A stretch of 64,000 nt of DNA from a plasmid. A model generated the notes under the pieces. The model worked only from the letters and a program-made list of their open reading frames with translations, ran no database searches and was not told the origin of the DNA. The stretch is from the sequence record NZ_CP069398.1; one strand, written 5' to 3'. This document shows positions 1-11,222 of this stretch, piece by piece. Each line of letters begins with the position of its first letter. The stretch's first letter is position 1. The position numbers were made by a program, and so were the translations under genes.

Positions 1-352
1 AGACAATTGCAGTGCAAGAAGATTGTAAGACTTCATTGCTCTTAAAAAGTAATAAAGACCAGTTACTAAATACATTTTCTATATAGAGAAGCATCCATGA
101 AACTGAAAACAAAAACTGAATCAAATACTTATATGTAGGTGTGTATTTGACATTAACGAATGACAACACAATGTTGTTAAAAAGTTCTTGCTTGTTTCGT
201 TCAATACGTTCTTTGTCTGTCTCCTTGTCTTTTTTTTGCTTAGAAGAAATTACAATGCTCATAAATAACTCTCCCTTCACGTGTTATTATATATAGAATA
301 ACATTGCCAAAAAAACATTTGTATACTTTTTCCAATAACCTTAAAGGTTTAT

Positions 353-622
353 TTGAACAGGCTTAAGCCTGTTTGTATATTTAATGGGGGTGTTGAAATA
401 AAGATTATCTTTATTGGTTTCATATGTAGTCTTTGCTTAGCATTAGCATGGGAAAGCTTTCGTAAAATGGTTTTCACCGTACATCAATTAGAATCGATAG
501 ACCTGCATACAGATAAAAAACTAGCGCGAATTTTAAAGAGAAAAATCAACATGTACCGTTTTTTTTATTCATTTATAGGTGTAATTGTAATTTTGATTTT
601 ATTTTCTGCATTCGGTCCCTAA
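353..622 (+). CDS. hypothetical small membrane protein
   Basis: 89-aa ORF with two hydrophobic segments; no recognisable motif. Confidence 0.25.
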   Translation: MNRLKPVCIFNGGVEIKIIFIGFICSLCLALAWESFRKMVFTVHQLESIDLHTDKKLARILKRKINMYRFFYSFIGVIVILILFSAFGP

Positions 623-745
623 AGAGACTTTTTAAATTGCATCGAATGAAGAGTTATACGTAAAATAAAAGTTAATTTCGTCAGAGAGCGTTTCTCAGTC
701 AAAAAAAGAAGTACCAAATTAGTTGGTCACTTCTTTTTCTACATA

Positions 746-3187
746 TTATGAATTTATGTTTTGTTTAATCTTATTCAATATATCTTTTTGAGTATTCGTT
801 ATTTTTGGTGTTTCATCTTCTACTGTTTTCTCCAAAGTTGCTACAACTTGTTGTTTTTCAGTTGCCGCAGCGACTTGTTGATTTTGAAAATGTACAATAG
901 CTTCATTAACAATTTCTCGATTTTTCTTTTGTTGCTCCATTTTCTTTTCTTCTTCTGCCTTTATACGCTGCTGCTCTTTTTCCTCTTCCAATTCCTTTTT
1001 ACGTTGTTCCATACTAGCTATTTGCAGTTCTTCGTACTGCTTCACTTTTTCATCAAACAAGGCTTTTGCGTCTGCGTCTGTAGATAGTTCATAGTCCTGC
1101 AAATCTATTTTATATTTCTCTGTTAACGCTACTTTGTTTTCATCTAGAAAGTACTTATATTGATAAGCTTTATTTAGTCGTATAGGGTTAGTATTATCTG
1201 TAACTAATAAAGCTTCATCTTTTGGTAATGATTTTACTTCTGTTGGGTCTAATAAAGGACGTTTCACTACGCTTGTAGACTCACTGCTTGAACTTCCAGT
1301 ATTGGACGTATTTTTGGATTTAGATACGGCTTCTACTGTCGTAGAACCTAGCAGGTTACTAAATAATTCTTGTGTTGCTTTATCTGATGCTTTTAATAAA
1401 AGCTTAGCAGAACAATTGGCCAGAAAACTATCCGTTTCCTTCGGATAAGTTTTTTCAATTTGAGTGATATTTTGTAGGATTGGAACTACCGATATACCGT
1501 AGCCTCGACACGTACTTAAAAATGTAGTGAAATCTGGTAGTTTAGAAATGTTTGCAAATTCATCTAAAATAAATTGTACAGGTACATATAACTCTTTCTT
1601 TTGCGTTTCCCTTGCCACCATTTTTAACTCTCGGAATAGCTGCCTAATGAATAAACTTACTAACGATGCAAATGATTTATCATCCTCATCAATAATTAGA
1701 TATAGAGCTACCTTTTTACGTCCTATATTTCCTAATAAAAAATCACTGCTGCTTGTTAATCTGCGTACTGCGTTTGATGCAAAATCTGATACAGTTGTAA
1801 GTAATGAAATGATAATCCCTGCACGTGTTTTACCAATCGATTTTTTATAACCTAATTCATATTGTTCTCGGGCAGGGTGATTAAAGCTGAGTCGCCCAAA
1901 CATGGCATCTAAAGCCGACTGTTCTTCCTCTTTGTTGAAAGTATCTTCAAACTCACGCAAGAAGTTCAAAATCCCCCCTAGATTACGGTCTTGAGGTTCA
2001 AATTCATATACTGCATAGAGAATTAAGGCTTTTAATAATGCTAATTGAGCGTTAATCCACACATTGGACTGGGACATATCATTTTTACTTGAAACTATGG
2101 CATGGGCTACAGTTGATGCATCAGTTTCTTTTCTAACATAGTCCAGAGGATTCCAACAGTTAGATGACCACATATCTAGAAAATTCATCACAATGACTTG
2201 ATAACCTTGCTTTTCTTTAATACGCGCCGTATTAACAAATACCTCACCTTTTGGATCTGTTACAACTACACTTGATTGAGTTTGGAACATAACATTCCCC
2301 ATTACAAAACCTTGAGTTTTCTTTCCACCTGAGCCCCCAACAACTATTACATTACGATTACCTAATTCTGAATCAAATGTTTGAATGACAGGTGAAGAAT
2401 CTTTTATGCCAAATATAGTTCCTGATTGGGGATATAGCTCTTTAAATTTCTTTTTTTGCAGTTCTGTATAGTAATCCATACTAAAAGGAATATAAGAAAC
2501 CATTTCTTCTTCTGATAAATCTTGAAGGTTATATGAATACGATTCGTTCCCCTTATTGACTGTTAGCATTTTTTTCTCAGAAAGCTGCAACTCATATTTT
2601 AGAAATTCATCCCGTCTTTCTGGTTTTATTCTTTCGGCTGCATCTTCTATTTTCTTTACACGAGACATTTCAAACCGTTTTAACCTTGATAAGTTGTCTT
2701 TAATTGAAGTAACAATTTCTTGGTCAACCTCGGCTTCACCGTTCAATATCTTTTTGTACTCTTCGTCAACTTCCTTTTGAATATTAAAACTTGCTTCAAT
2801 ATCAGCAACCAGTTGTTTACTTGGCATTTTTTTAGCGAAGTAACTTAAGTCAAATGCTTCTTTGATTGTTGCCCATCTTGATGTACCATGCACACCCACA
2901 TGATGGGCGGCTTTATACCCTTTTTGACTGCTTCCAGATGCACGAAGCATTACAAAAATGATTCCTAGTAGTAACAGAGGTTGAGCGATTTTAAAGGGAA
3001 CTTGCTCCCATGCGGATGGGAGCAAGTCAATAGGCGATTGAGCAAAGTTTAAAGCTACATTAATTACTTCTTGAGGTTGTTTAATAACGACGGGGACAGT
3101 AGCGAATACAACAGCTAAAACATAGTCTACTATAAGTGCTAAAACGAATAGAAAAGTAAATATTCCGGCTTTAGGCAAAACAATCAC
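746..3187 (-). CDS. type IV secretion coupling protein (VirD4/TraG/TcpA-like ATPase)
   Basis: Two N-terminal TM helices; Walker A VVGGSGGKKTQG; T4CP signature VTDPKGE; Walker B-like IIDEDD; long acidic coiled-coil C-terminal tail. Confidence 0.8.
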   Translation of the reverse strand: MIVLPKAGIFTFLFVLALIVDYVLAVVFATVPVVIKQPQEVINVALNFAQSPIDLLPSAWEQVPFKIAQPLLLLGIIFVMLRASGSSQKGYKAAHHVGVHGTSRWATIKEAFDLSYFAKKMPSKQLVADIEASFNIQKEVDEEYKKILNGEAEVDQEIVTSIKDNLSRLKRFEMSRVKKIEDAAERIKPERRDEFLKYELQLSEKKMLTVNKGNESYSYNLQDLSEEEMVSYIPFSMDYYTELQKKKFKELYPQSGTIFGIKDSSPVIQTFDSELGNRNVIVVGGSGGKKTQGFVMGNVMFQTQSSVVVTDPKGEVFVNTARIKEKQGYQVIVMNFLDMWSSNCWNPLDYVRKETDASTVAHAIVSSKNDMSQSNVWINAQLALLKALILYAVYEFEPQDRNLGGILNFLREFEDTFNKEEEQSALDAMFGRLSFNHPAREQYELGYKKSIGKTRAGIIISLLTTVSDFASNAVRRLTSSSDFLLGNIGRKKVALYLIIDEDDKSFASLVSLFIRQLFRELKMVARETQKKELYVPVQFILDEFANISKLPDFTTFLSTCRGYGISVVPILQNITQIEKTYPKETDSFLANCSAKLLLKASDKATQELFSNLLGSTTVEAVSKSKNTSNTGSSSSESTSVVKRPLLDPTEVKSLPKDEALLVTDNTNPIRLNKAYQYKYFLDENKVALTEKYKIDLQDYELSTDADAKALFDEKVKQYEELQIASMEQRKKELEEEKEQQRIKAEEEKKMEQQKKNREIVNEAIVHFQNQQVAAATEKQQVVATLEKTVEDETPKITNTQKDILNKIKQNINS

Positions 3188-3196
3188 GCTCCTTAA

Positions 3197-4513
3197 TTAT
3201 GCTTTGTTAATGTTTTCAATCTCTTTTTGAATAGACTCAATTTCTTTTTTCTTTTGGTCATCATCTTTTTCCTTATCGGATTTAATGAGATCGATTTGTT
3301 TGTTTTTCGCTTGAATCATAAGACTTTTATCGTTCAAACCTTTAGCAAGGTCAAATGCCTCTTTTGCTTTATTTGTATTAATATAAGAACTAGCAAGCAT
3401 CCCCTTTTGTCTATCGTCAGGTTTAATTTTATCTTTCAATTCAATTACTTTATTAAAATCTCTATTAATATAAGCCTGCTCAAACTGCACTAATGGCGAG
3501 TCTGATTTCCAATTCTTCAATCCTTCATCATTATGAGCAACTAAGTATTTAACAACGTCTTCTTCAGAAGACATTTTAGCTGCTTCAGCATAATTTCCAA
3601 TACCTATATAACCCTGCTGTAATAATGACTTTTCTTCGGCATTTAGCTGCTTCTTAGTACTTAACAACTTAACTAATTCATCATTTTGTCCCTTATATTG
3701 TAATCGATAAGCCTGTAATATTTCATTTGACTGTTTTAAATCGTTTTGATTAGTTGTTGCGGCTACTGTTGAAGCTTCTGAAGGGGCATAGATTGATTTC
3801 CCTAAAGCAAATGATCCTCCAGATAAACCAATCGCTAAAACAATTGCACCGCCAATCGTTAAGAGCTTATTTGGTTGTGGCATAGCTGTTTTTCTTTTAG
3901 AATCTAATTCTTTCATATAAGTTTCTTGCAGACGTTCTCTTTCCCGCACAATCGCTATTTCAATATCATCAAAGTTCCGAGCATCTGCAATATGTTTCAA
4001 GAAATCAGATAAATCTTCATAAACGCTATAAATTCCTTGCTTTCTTAATGAATCGAATGAGTGTTTTGTAAATAGATAAACAATAAGGCATTGAATATAA
4101 TAGAAGTCATTCTGGTCAATTGGATTTGTCAGCCCTTTTAAACCTCTATACAGCGCTTTTACCTCTTGCAGCTGCTTAAAATATAGGTTTTCAGGATATA
4201 GGAAAGTAGTATATTCACTCTCCCCCAGAAATCTAAAGGTTAGGAGATTTTCAGCGATAGCAAGCTTTTGCAATGGTGCTTGTTTTCTTGCTCTTGGGAG
4301 AGGAACAAAGCCTTCTTCAATTTCGTAATTTAGTATTGTATATTGCTTATCATAATGAATTTCAGTACAATCGAAGAATAGATGAGATGGGCTTTTGAGT
4401 GGCTTCAATTCGCTAACCGCATCTATTTTCGTTAAGCTGGTCGAAATGCGATATTCGCATTTCCGACCTTCTACTTTTAAAGTTCCTTCTAGAAACATAT
4501 TTGACTTAGCCAT
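3197..4513 (-). CDS. conjugation-cluster protein of unknown function with central TM segment
   Basis: 438-aa ORF in operon with T4CP; hydrophobic segment LLTIGGAIVLAIGLSGGSFALG; no catalytic motif recognised. Confidence 0.4.
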   Translation of the reverse strand: MAKSNMFLEGTLKVEGRKCEYRISTSLTKIDAVSELKPLKSPSHLFFDCTEIHYDKQYTILNYEIEEGFVPLPRARKQAPLQKLAIAENLLTFRFLGESEYTTFLYPENLYFKQLQEVKALYRGLKGLTNPIDQNDFYYIQCLIVYLFTKHSFDSLRKQGIYSVYEDLSDFLKHIADARNFDDIEIAIVRERERLQETYMKELDSKRKTAMPQPNKLLTIGGAIVLAIGLSGGSFALGKSIYAPSEASTVAATTNQNDLKQSNEILQAYRLQYKGQNDELVKLLSTKKQLNAEEKSLLQQGYIGIGNYAEAAKMSSEEDVVKYLVAHNDEGLKNWKSDSPLVQFEQAYINRDFNKVIELKDKIKPDDRQKGMLASSYINTNKAKEAFDLAKGLNDKSLMIQAKNKQIDLIKSDKEKDDDQKKKEIESIQKEIENINKA

Positions 4514-4648
4514 TATTTGAATCCCCTTCCTTTGCGATGAGTTTTGATGGAGATAAAAAACTTGTTGTTAACATTACGAAATCCCATATAAAACGACAAA
4601 TTAAAATGATAAAAGTTCCTGCTAAGATTAAAACTAAAGTTTCCATCA

Positions 4649-5623
4649 TTATCTACCACCTCTTAGAATGTATTTTCCAACTGCAACTTTACCCATTGAC
4701 CCCATTGCTCCAATTGCTGCTTTACCACTTCCTGACGAGTATAAAAACTGTCTTAAGTATGTTGGCCCAGAGATTAAAACAAGAAGTAGACCGAAGGCAA
4801 TGACTATTTGCACCCTTTCCATTGACGCGAATAGATTGACGACCATAAACAAGATAATATGCTGCAAAACCCTTGTGAAAACTACAGCAACCATTTCTCT
4901 CCACCAGACAGGAAAAGCGTTCATGTCGCTGCTCACTAAGCTTATAGCCGCAATTGGGGACGTAGCTACTAGAAATGTGAATTCACCGATTACCTTAACT
5001 GTTTGGAATGCAATGATAAGGAATATGACAACAAAAACTACGCTTGCTATAGCTACAAACAAAAGTCCACTTTCTAGGTTAAGCCCTATCACTTTAGCCA
5101 ATTCACTGCTTGGCTTTCCTGCTGTCAACCACTTCCCTATAGCGCTGTCTTCAAATACTATCCCTTTATTAATAAAAAACAGGCTCATATATTTACTAAG
5201 TTTTAATAACATGTCAATTATCCATGGTAGTATTGCTATAAGTACCATAGCCTTCATCATGGCTACAAGCTTTTCTTTCATATAGATTCGATCTCCATCC
5301 ACATTAACTCTGACCATACCTTCTAATATGTGATACAACATCAGGCAGGGTAAGAGTGCAATGGCAAACCATTTGAAAAAGCTTAATACTGTATCTACAG
5401 TTGGATTATCATAAATTCCCGGCTCTAAAATAAACCATTTCAACCATTTTAGAACTGATTCACCTGCTGACCGACTTAAATCTGTAAGTATATCAATAAG
5501 CTTCCCAGATGCTGAGCTCGAAACTGCTTCTGTAGCTGAATCGATTGGATGAGCAACAACATCCTTAGCTTTACCTGCTGCATCTTTTATGCTATCCCAT
5601 TTTTCTGCAATTGGATTAGGCAT
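4649..5623 (-). CDS. polytopic membrane protein, VirB6/TrbL-like channel component candidate
   Basis: 324 aa with at least 5 predicted TM helices; position in T4SS operon. Confidence 0.45.
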   Translation of the reverse strand: MPNPIAEKWDSIKDAAGKAKDVVAHPIDSATEAVSSSASGKLIDILTDLSRSAGESVLKWLKWFILEPGIYDNPTVDTVLSFFKWFAIALLPCLMLYHILEGMVRVNVDGDRIYMKEKLVAMMKAMVLIAILPWIIDMLLKLSKYMSLFFINKGIVFEDSAIGKWLTAGKPSSELAKVIGLNLESGLLFVAIASVVFVVIFLIIAFQTVKVIGEFTFLVATSPIAAISLVSSDMNAFPVWWREMVAVVFTRVLQHIILFMVVNLFASMERVQIVIAFGLLLVLISGPTYLRQFLYSSGSGKAAIGAMGSMGKVAVGKYILRGGR

Positions 5624-5634
5624 TTAAAACCCTC

Positions 5635-6282
5635 CTATTCAGTGTAAAACTTTGTATCTGAGTAATGTTGAATTTTGTAAATCCCCTCTTCTTGCTTTAG
5701 TGCAAAACCTGTGTACCCTTCCTTTTCAGGTGTTTTGATTTGAAGAAATACAATATACACCTTACTTTTTTTATCGTAGCTTACATCTATAACGGAATAA
5801 TCATCTACTTTAGTATTGATGATTTTATTATCGTTATCGCCTAATTCGCTGTACAAGCCGATATTTTCGTAAAATTGAATAATACCATCTGTTTTATATC
5901 TTTCTAAAGAATCCTTTGTATAATACTTCTCTATATTTCCAACAATTTGATTTTTTAAGTCATTTGCGCTTTGCCCTGTAAATTCCTTAGTTGAAAAAGG
6001 CTGAATCATTGCTAAAACGGTTTTCTTTGATTCTTCTAATGCATATTTATCTTGATTAGATAAATCAGATTTAATATTTCCTTTTTGCTCAAGAACATTA
6101 AACTGACTATCCTTTTTTTCACTAGAAGCTTGCTCTTCTTTTTGTGTTTTCTCAGTTTGTTCAATTGGTTTAGAAACTGCCTTTTCTGGGGGACTATCTG
6201 TCCTGCCAAAAATCAGTGCAACAGCTACTAAAATAACAATAAACCCTACGAAGCTTCCTATTAAAAGCGTTGTTTTTTTCAT
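5635..6282 (-). CDS. membrane-anchored conjugation-associated protein
   Basis: N-terminal TM anchor followed by a Lys/Glu-rich linker; operon context. Confidence 0.35.
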   Translation of the reverse strand: MKKTTLLIGSFVGFIVILVAVALIFGRTDSPPEKAVSKPIEQTEKTQKEEQASSEKKDSQFNVLEQKGNIKSDLSNQDKYALEESKKTVLAMIQPFSTKEFTGQSANDLKNQIVGNIEKYYTKDSLERYKTDGIIQFYENIGLYSELGDNDNKIINTKVDDYSVIDVSYDKKSKVYIVFLQIKTPEKEGYTGFALKQEEGIYKIQHYSDTKFYTE

Positions 6283-6293
6283 AAGATGCCCTC

Positions 6294-6848
6294 CTACTGT
6301 TGAGATATAATTTCCGCACTATCTACTAAATACTGATGCTTTTCTTTATTAAAGACCAATTTACATTTTAGGATTACTTGTGAAGTAGAATCAGTACCGT
6401 TCACTAACATATCATTATCAAATATGGCAATAGCCCTTGCTGTAGTTGAATTTAATGGCGTTACATAAGCTTCTAGGTTATTGACTGATGATACAATTTT
6501 GAAGTCTTTATTAAGCTTTGGAAACTTTCCGTCAGAACTTGAAGGATTCATTGATTTTAGACCGTTATTTGTTACGAATGGTTTAGCTTTTTCGTACCGA
6601 TCATCACTATCAGAAGAGTAATCAAATGAACCTTTTATAAATTCTTCAACTACTTTTCTAGCTGTTATCATGTCCTGCCAATCTTCTTTAGCATCTTGTT
6701 TATTTTGTTTAATTGAGTTTAATTGCTGAGCTTCGGTTTGCGCTTGTGAAGCTTTATGATTTGCTGTAAATGTAGTAGCAGCAAAAACAACTACTAGGAT
6801 AATTAGAAATCCGATTATAATGTTTTTTAAACTACTCATTGTTATCAC
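6294..6848 (-). CDS. membrane-anchored conjugation-associated protein
   Basis: N-terminal TM anchor; operon context. Confidence 0.35.
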   Translation of the reverse strand: MITMSSLKNIIIGFLIILVVVFAATTFTANHKASQAQTEAQQLNSIKQNKQDAKEDWQDMITARKVVEEFIKGSFDYSSDSDDRYEKAKPFVTNNGLKSMNPSSSDGKFPKLNKDFKIVSSVNNLEAYVTPLNSTTARAIAIFDNDMLVNGTDSTSQVILKCKLVFNKEKHQYLVDSAEIISQQ

Positions 6849-6857
6849 CTCACTATT

Positions 6858-7892
6858 TTAAGAAGGGCGACCGGCTGCATAGTAATGTTGACCCCAATAG
6901 CCTGTAAATACATTAGCAATATTGACACCACTACTACTTGAATTAATCATTTTGCCGTTTCCTATATACATTCCAACATGAGTTACCGTTGGTCCCGCAT
7001 ATGTTCCAGCAAAGAAAACCATGTCTCCTGGTCGCAATTCATTCTTATCAATTTTAGTAACTGCGTTATATTGCAATTGTGCTGTACGAGGGAGTTTTAT
7101 TCCGGACTGAGCGTAATTCCACTGCATCAACCCCGAGCAATCAAACCCTGTTGCTGGGCTAGCACCACCCCAAACGTACTTATCGCCTAAGTATTGAGCC
7201 ATATCACTATAGACTTTGTTTACATCAAAATTTTGACCACCTGATCCATTTGTCGATACGGGTTGAGCATTAGCAGTTGCTGTACTATTTACATTGCCGT
7301 CGTAATATCTTAGGACATGGTCTACATAGTTAATGTCTCCATATCTTCTCCATCCTTTTTTAGCTGCCATCATATTGGAGAAAGCCACTGCATTTTCTTT
7401 TGAATAACCCCCTCGTTTATTGGCATAGCTGATAAATCCCTTCCCGAAATTGTAAGATTGGAGCGATAATTTCACATCACCATTAGCCTCTTTTAACACT
7501 TCTGAAAAGTATTTAACGCCTACATCTATACTAACCATTGGGTCTTTTATCGCATTTCGTCCAAGTTGAATACTTTCGGAACTTTGCATGACATCAGGTA
7601 AGCGCCCCCCACTCTCTTGCATCATTTTGGCTAATAAAATAGGGACATAATTTTCGGATAGTCCGTATTTTTTAGCCGCAGCCGCAACAGCAGGTTCATA
7701 CCTCGTAACCAGTGGGGATACTTTAGCCTTACCTGCTCCAATGGATGATGGAGCAGGATTATCAGAGGGAGTATCTAAGACACCACTTGCGATTAGAAAA
7801 ATAACCCCGAAAAATGAAATCACAGCAATTGCAATAGGCTTTTTAAAACGATATAACGTCCCTACTGCTTTAGCCGTTGCAATAGCAGCCAT
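6858..7892 (-). CDS. bifunctional cell-wall hydrolase (lytic transglycosylase/muramidase + NlpC/P60 peptidase), CwlT-like
   Basis: N-terminal TM; SLT-type motif LAKMMQESGG; C-terminal NlpC/P60 with GFDCSGLMQW...HVGMYIG (Cys-His catalytic pair). Confidence 0.8.
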   Translation of the reverse strand: MAAIATAKAVGTLYRFKKPIAIAVISFFGVIFLIASGVLDTPSDNPAPSSIGAGKAKVSPLVTRYEPAVAAAAKKYGLSENYVPILLAKMMQESGGRLPDVMQSSESIQLGRNAIKDPMVSIDVGVKYFSEVLKEANGDVKLSLQSYNFGKGFISYANKRGGYSKENAVAFSNMMAAKKGWRRYGDINYVDHVLRYYDGNVNSTATANAQPVSTNGSGGQNFDVNKVYSDMAQYLGDKYVWGGASPATGFDCSGLMQWNYAQSGIKLPRTAQLQYNAVTKIDKNELRPGDMVFFAGTYAGPTVTHVGMYIGNGKMINSSSSGVNIANVFTGYWGQHYYAAGRPS

Positions 7893-7894
7893 CT

Positions 7895-9817
7895 TTACAA
7901 CACCTCGCGTTTAATATCGCTAATATCATAGTCTGGTACAACAGAGGCATCTTTCTTATATGTTTCTTGGTATCGTACTTTATCAAATAAGCGCATTTCT
8001 TCTTGTGATTGGATAACTTCCATGTAGACCCTCTTTGTACCAATACAATAAATGCCCTTTCCTTTCTGCTTTCTTTTTAGAATATCTATCTCGCTTTCTG
8101 ATAAGCTAACTCCTCCCCGAGATACAAGGTCATCAATTCCCTTTTCTTCTAATCCTAAGATGAATTTTGTGTAAGAATTTTCAATAATAGCAGCTCCATA
8201 ATTCCTTTTTCCGTCTGATGCAGATAGATAATCATCAATCTGTTGTGTGGTAACCGTACAACCTCCGAAATACTTTCTTATACGCTTGTATATCTGATAC
8301 ACGAATTTCATTAGCATTGGGTGGTCTGGATCGGCTAATACGTGGCATTCGTCGATGTACAAACGTTTGGGCTGTGTTTTGTCTTTTGTGATTTCATCCC
8401 AGAGAAAAGTGATTACATTGTACATGGCAGCACGTTTCAAATCCGATCCGTCTTCTAGATGTTTTAAATCAAAGGAAATCAGATCGTTTTTTAAATCTAC
8501 CTTTGTGTGACCATTGAATAGTTTTGAATTTGTACCTGAGACGTATGTTTTAAAAATAAGTTTAAATTGACGTAGTTCGTCCGCCTCTTCTTTTGGAAGT
8601 TTGTCGATTTGTTCGTATAAGTCGCTGAATGTCGGGAATGATTCTGAAGTTAATTCTCTGAAGTCTGTTTTAAATGTAATTTCTTTAGCTGCATAGGTTT
8701 TAATAAGAACTTGCTCAAGTAAAGCTTCTTCTACTTGTGATAAGTCTTTTTTTATTGCTTTGAATAAGATTTTCAATCTTTGTATTTTTTGGTCAATTAA
8801 AGAACCAACTAATTCTATATCTTGATCTTCATCTTCGACTGTATCTAAATTTTTCGAATCAGTAACGGCTGTATTCATGATTTCAAGTGGATTAATTACT
8901 GTTTTTGACATGTTCGAAACTGTAACAACAGTACCTCCGAGAGAGGTTACAATACCTGTGAATTCTCCTTCTGGATCAATGATGAAATTTCTCACGCCTT
9001 GAATCCAGTGTCTCAACATATCTGATGTCATAGTTGTTGTTTTGGCCATACCTGAAAAACCTGCACTAAATTCATTGTGGTTTGCTAAAGCAAAGTGGTC
9101 TACTAATACGATGCTGCCTGTGGTGATATTTTTACCCTTTACGACGCTGTATTTCGATTGGTTGAAGATTTCACTATCATCAAAAGGGAAAACTGAAGAT
9201 ACAGCTTCAACATCCATATTTCTAAATGTTACATCAGGAACTTGATTTGCCATCAACGGAAGTGTTGATTGAAATGCTTGCGCACTTCGATATTTAACCA
9301 GCGTTCCTTTTAACTTTACTCGCCGCAATGCGCCTAAAACTCTTTCCCGTAAACGACTTAACTCCGCCATACTCTCAGCGTGTATATTTAAGTACATATG
9401 AACACGAAACATAGCATCATTGTCACTTTCGATTAATTTGTCCATCAAGCGAGTTGCATCTTTAAAGTCTAATAGAGCATTACGTTTTTTTTCTTCATCT
9501 GCACTAACTGTTCTAGATTCCAATTCTGGAATTGCTGAACGTAAATGTTTGATCATTTCCGAGCTTGGGATTTTTTCAATGTGGAAAGAGATAGATAAAT
9601 TACCTTGAAATCGTCTTAATCTAGAAAGCCAGTTACCATATAGACGTTTTGGGTAATCATATACACAAATAGTTTGAACATAATTTCTTCCAATCTCCAT
9701 ATGCAATTCTTTTTCATCTATTGAATCAGGGGCTAAAACATCCTTAAAGGATGTTAAGTCCGATTCGTGTAGAATCGGTTCAGCTTCTTTAAACGACTTC
9801 TTGTTTCTTAATTTCAA
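7895..9817 (-). CDS. VirB4/TrsE/ConE-family conjugative transfer ATPase
   Basis: 640 aa; VirB4-type N-terminal region (DYPKRL, NWLSRL); Walker-type motifs in C-terminal half; operon position beside the cell-wall hydrolase. Confidence 0.8.
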   Translation of the reverse strand: MKLRNKKSFKEAEPILHESDLTSFKDVLAPDSIDEKELHMEIGRNYVQTICVYDYPKRLYGNWLSRLRRFQGNLSISFHIEKIPSSEMIKHLRSAIPELESRTVSADEEKKRNALLDFKDATRLMDKLIESDNDAMFRVHMYLNIHAESMAELSRLRERVLGALRRVKLKGTLVKYRSAQAFQSTLPLMANQVPDVTFRNMDVEAVSSVFPFDDSEIFNQSKYSVVKGKNITTGSIVLVDHFALANHNEFSAGFSGMAKTTTMTSDMLRHWIQGVRNFIIDPEGEFTGIVTSLGGTVVTVSNMSKTVINPLEIMNTAVTDSKNLDTVEDEDQDIELVGSLIDQKIQRLKILFKAIKKDLSQVEEALLEQVLIKTYAAKEITFKTDFRELTSESFPTFSDLYEQIDKLPKEEADELRQFKLIFKTYVSGTNSKLFNGHTKVDLKNDLISFDLKHLEDGSDLKRAAMYNVITFLWDEITKDKTQPKRLYIDECHVLADPDHPMLMKFVYQIYKRIRKYFGGCTVTTQQIDDYLSASDGKRNYGAAIIENSYTKFILGLEEKGIDDLVSRGGVSLSESEIDILKRKQKGKGIYCIGTKRVYMEVIQSQEEMRLFDKVRYQETYKKDASVVPDYDISDIKREVL

Positions 9818-10511
9818 CTATAACTCCCCCTTCTTGTTCTTTTTTTCCAGTGATGAATTGAGGTATATCAATGCTTTCAATCGGTTGATATACTGCATCT
9901 TGATAATTGTAAAATATTTGCAACAACTGTACTATTTCGTTGTTATTTAATTGTTCGCATTCTAGTGTGAAATCGTCACCTAACATCCCTGTAATTTCCT
10001 CTATTAAATCTTGTGTTCTTTGTTCCAATTCTTCGAGCGTGTCTTGATAAGCCAATTCATCTTTTCCTTTAATTTTTTCACCAATGATTACGTAGTGTTC
10101 TTTTTTAACAACAGATTTTTTAGTTTGATGTTCGTCATTATAGTGGATGTAACTCCTTAACAGCCTCTTTTTAAATGGATTAGTGGTTACTTCATGCTTT
10201 CTAATTAAATCCGCCATATGACTTCTTAAATTTACAGGTTGTGCAATAGTTTCAAATTGTATTTCACTATTGTCATCTAAACCACCTAAAAAATTCTCAA
10301 ATGATTCAAAAACATAATTCTGTTCATTTCTACTCATTAAGTCTAGATTGATCGCAGACACTCGGAGAATAGCTACAATCTTTGAATCTTTTGTAATAGC
10401 TACGTTATCGCGTATATCTTCAATGTATAAAAAATCTTGTGTAGATAGATTTTCCTTATCATTCTTATCTTTCTGACGAGCAATCAAAAAAGATTGAAGT
10501 TTTTTCAACAC
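9789..10511 (-). CDS. conjugation-associated protein (ConD/TcpD position), unknown function
   Basis: 240-aa ORF overlapping the VirB4 start by 29 nt (translational coupling). Confidence 0.4.
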   Translation of the reverse strand: MLKKLQSFLIARQKDKNDKENLSTQDFLYIEDIRDNVAITKDSKIVAILRVSAINLDLMSRNEQNYVFESFENFLGGLDDNSEIQFETIAQPVNLRSHMADLIRKHEVTTNPFKKRLLRSYIHYNDEHQTKKSVVKKEHYVIIGEKIKGKDELAYQDTLEELEQRTQDLIEEITGMLGDDFTLECEQLNNNEIVQLLQIFYNYQDAVYQPIESIDIPQFITGKKEQEGGVIVEIKKQEVV

Positions 10512-10512
10512 A

Positions 10513-10884
10513 CTATTTCACTCCTTTTTTTCTGTACAAAAACCTTTTTTGGCGCTGTTCATAATTGAACATCCAAAGGATATGTTTCCAAGCTGGTATG
10601 TCTTTTCTGAGTGGTTTTATTATAATGAGAGAAAAGGTTAAGCTGATTAAAAGAAAGTCAATCAGAATTTGTAAAATCCAATTGACTTTTGCGAAAAATA
10701 AGAGCAATGCTAGAAGTAAGTTTGGGATAAAAAACACTAGGTCTTTTAGATAAATTCCCCAAAACTGTATTTTAGCGTCTACGTTAACAGGGATATAAAA
10801 TTCTTTCCCTTTGGTTGCCTCTTCACCAAATAGTGATTTACCAAGTATCTTTTTTAGGGCGCGTAATACTTGTTCATCTGTCAT
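10513..10884 (-). CDS. small integral membrane protein (TcpE/ConC-like candidate)
   Basis: 123 aa; two TM helices; operon position. Confidence 0.35.
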   Translation of the reverse strand: MTDEQVLRALKKILGKSLFGEEATKGKEFYIPVNVDAKIQFWGIYLKDLVFFIPNLLLALLLFFAKVNWILQILIDFLLISLTFSLIIIKPLRKDIPAWKHILWMFNYEQRQKRFLYRKKGVK

Positions 10885-10889
10885 ATCAA

Positions 10890-11222
10890 TCAGTACCCAA
10901 CTAAACCTTTAACCCAGTAAATAAGTCCACCAATGATACACGCTAAAATTTCAAGAATAATCAGATATTGAACTTTACCTTTTAGTTCTGCTCGATCATG
11001 ATTCTCTTGTTTTGACATGTAACTGATAATTAAGAATATTGCGTTTGCAGCACAATATAAGGTTGCAATTCCAACTCCCACCCCTATGACTGCATTAAGA
11101 ACTTTTGAAATAGCTGCCTCTGGATCAATCGCTTTTGGTGCTGCATAAGCAAGAGTTGGAGTTAACAACATTGCTGTTGCTGCTGAGAAAACTTTTAATT
11201 TTCCGTCAATTTTTTTTAACAA
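10890..11222 (-). CDS. small secreted/membrane protein with VirB2 pilin-like topology
   Basis: Signal-peptide-like N-terminus ending AYA, then two hydrophobic helices; 110 aa. Confidence 0.3.
   Translation of the reverse strand: MLKKIDGKLKVFSAATAMLLTPTLAYAAPKAIDPEAAISKVLNAVIGVGVGIATLYCAANAIFLIISYMSKQENHDRAELKGKVQYLIILEILACIIGGLIYWVKGLVGY

Noticed and set aside
761-1087. 108-aa plus-strand ORF of low-complexity Phe/Leu-rich sequence
   Set aside because: Lies antisense inside the well-supported T4CP gene; composition typical of AT-rich antisense frames
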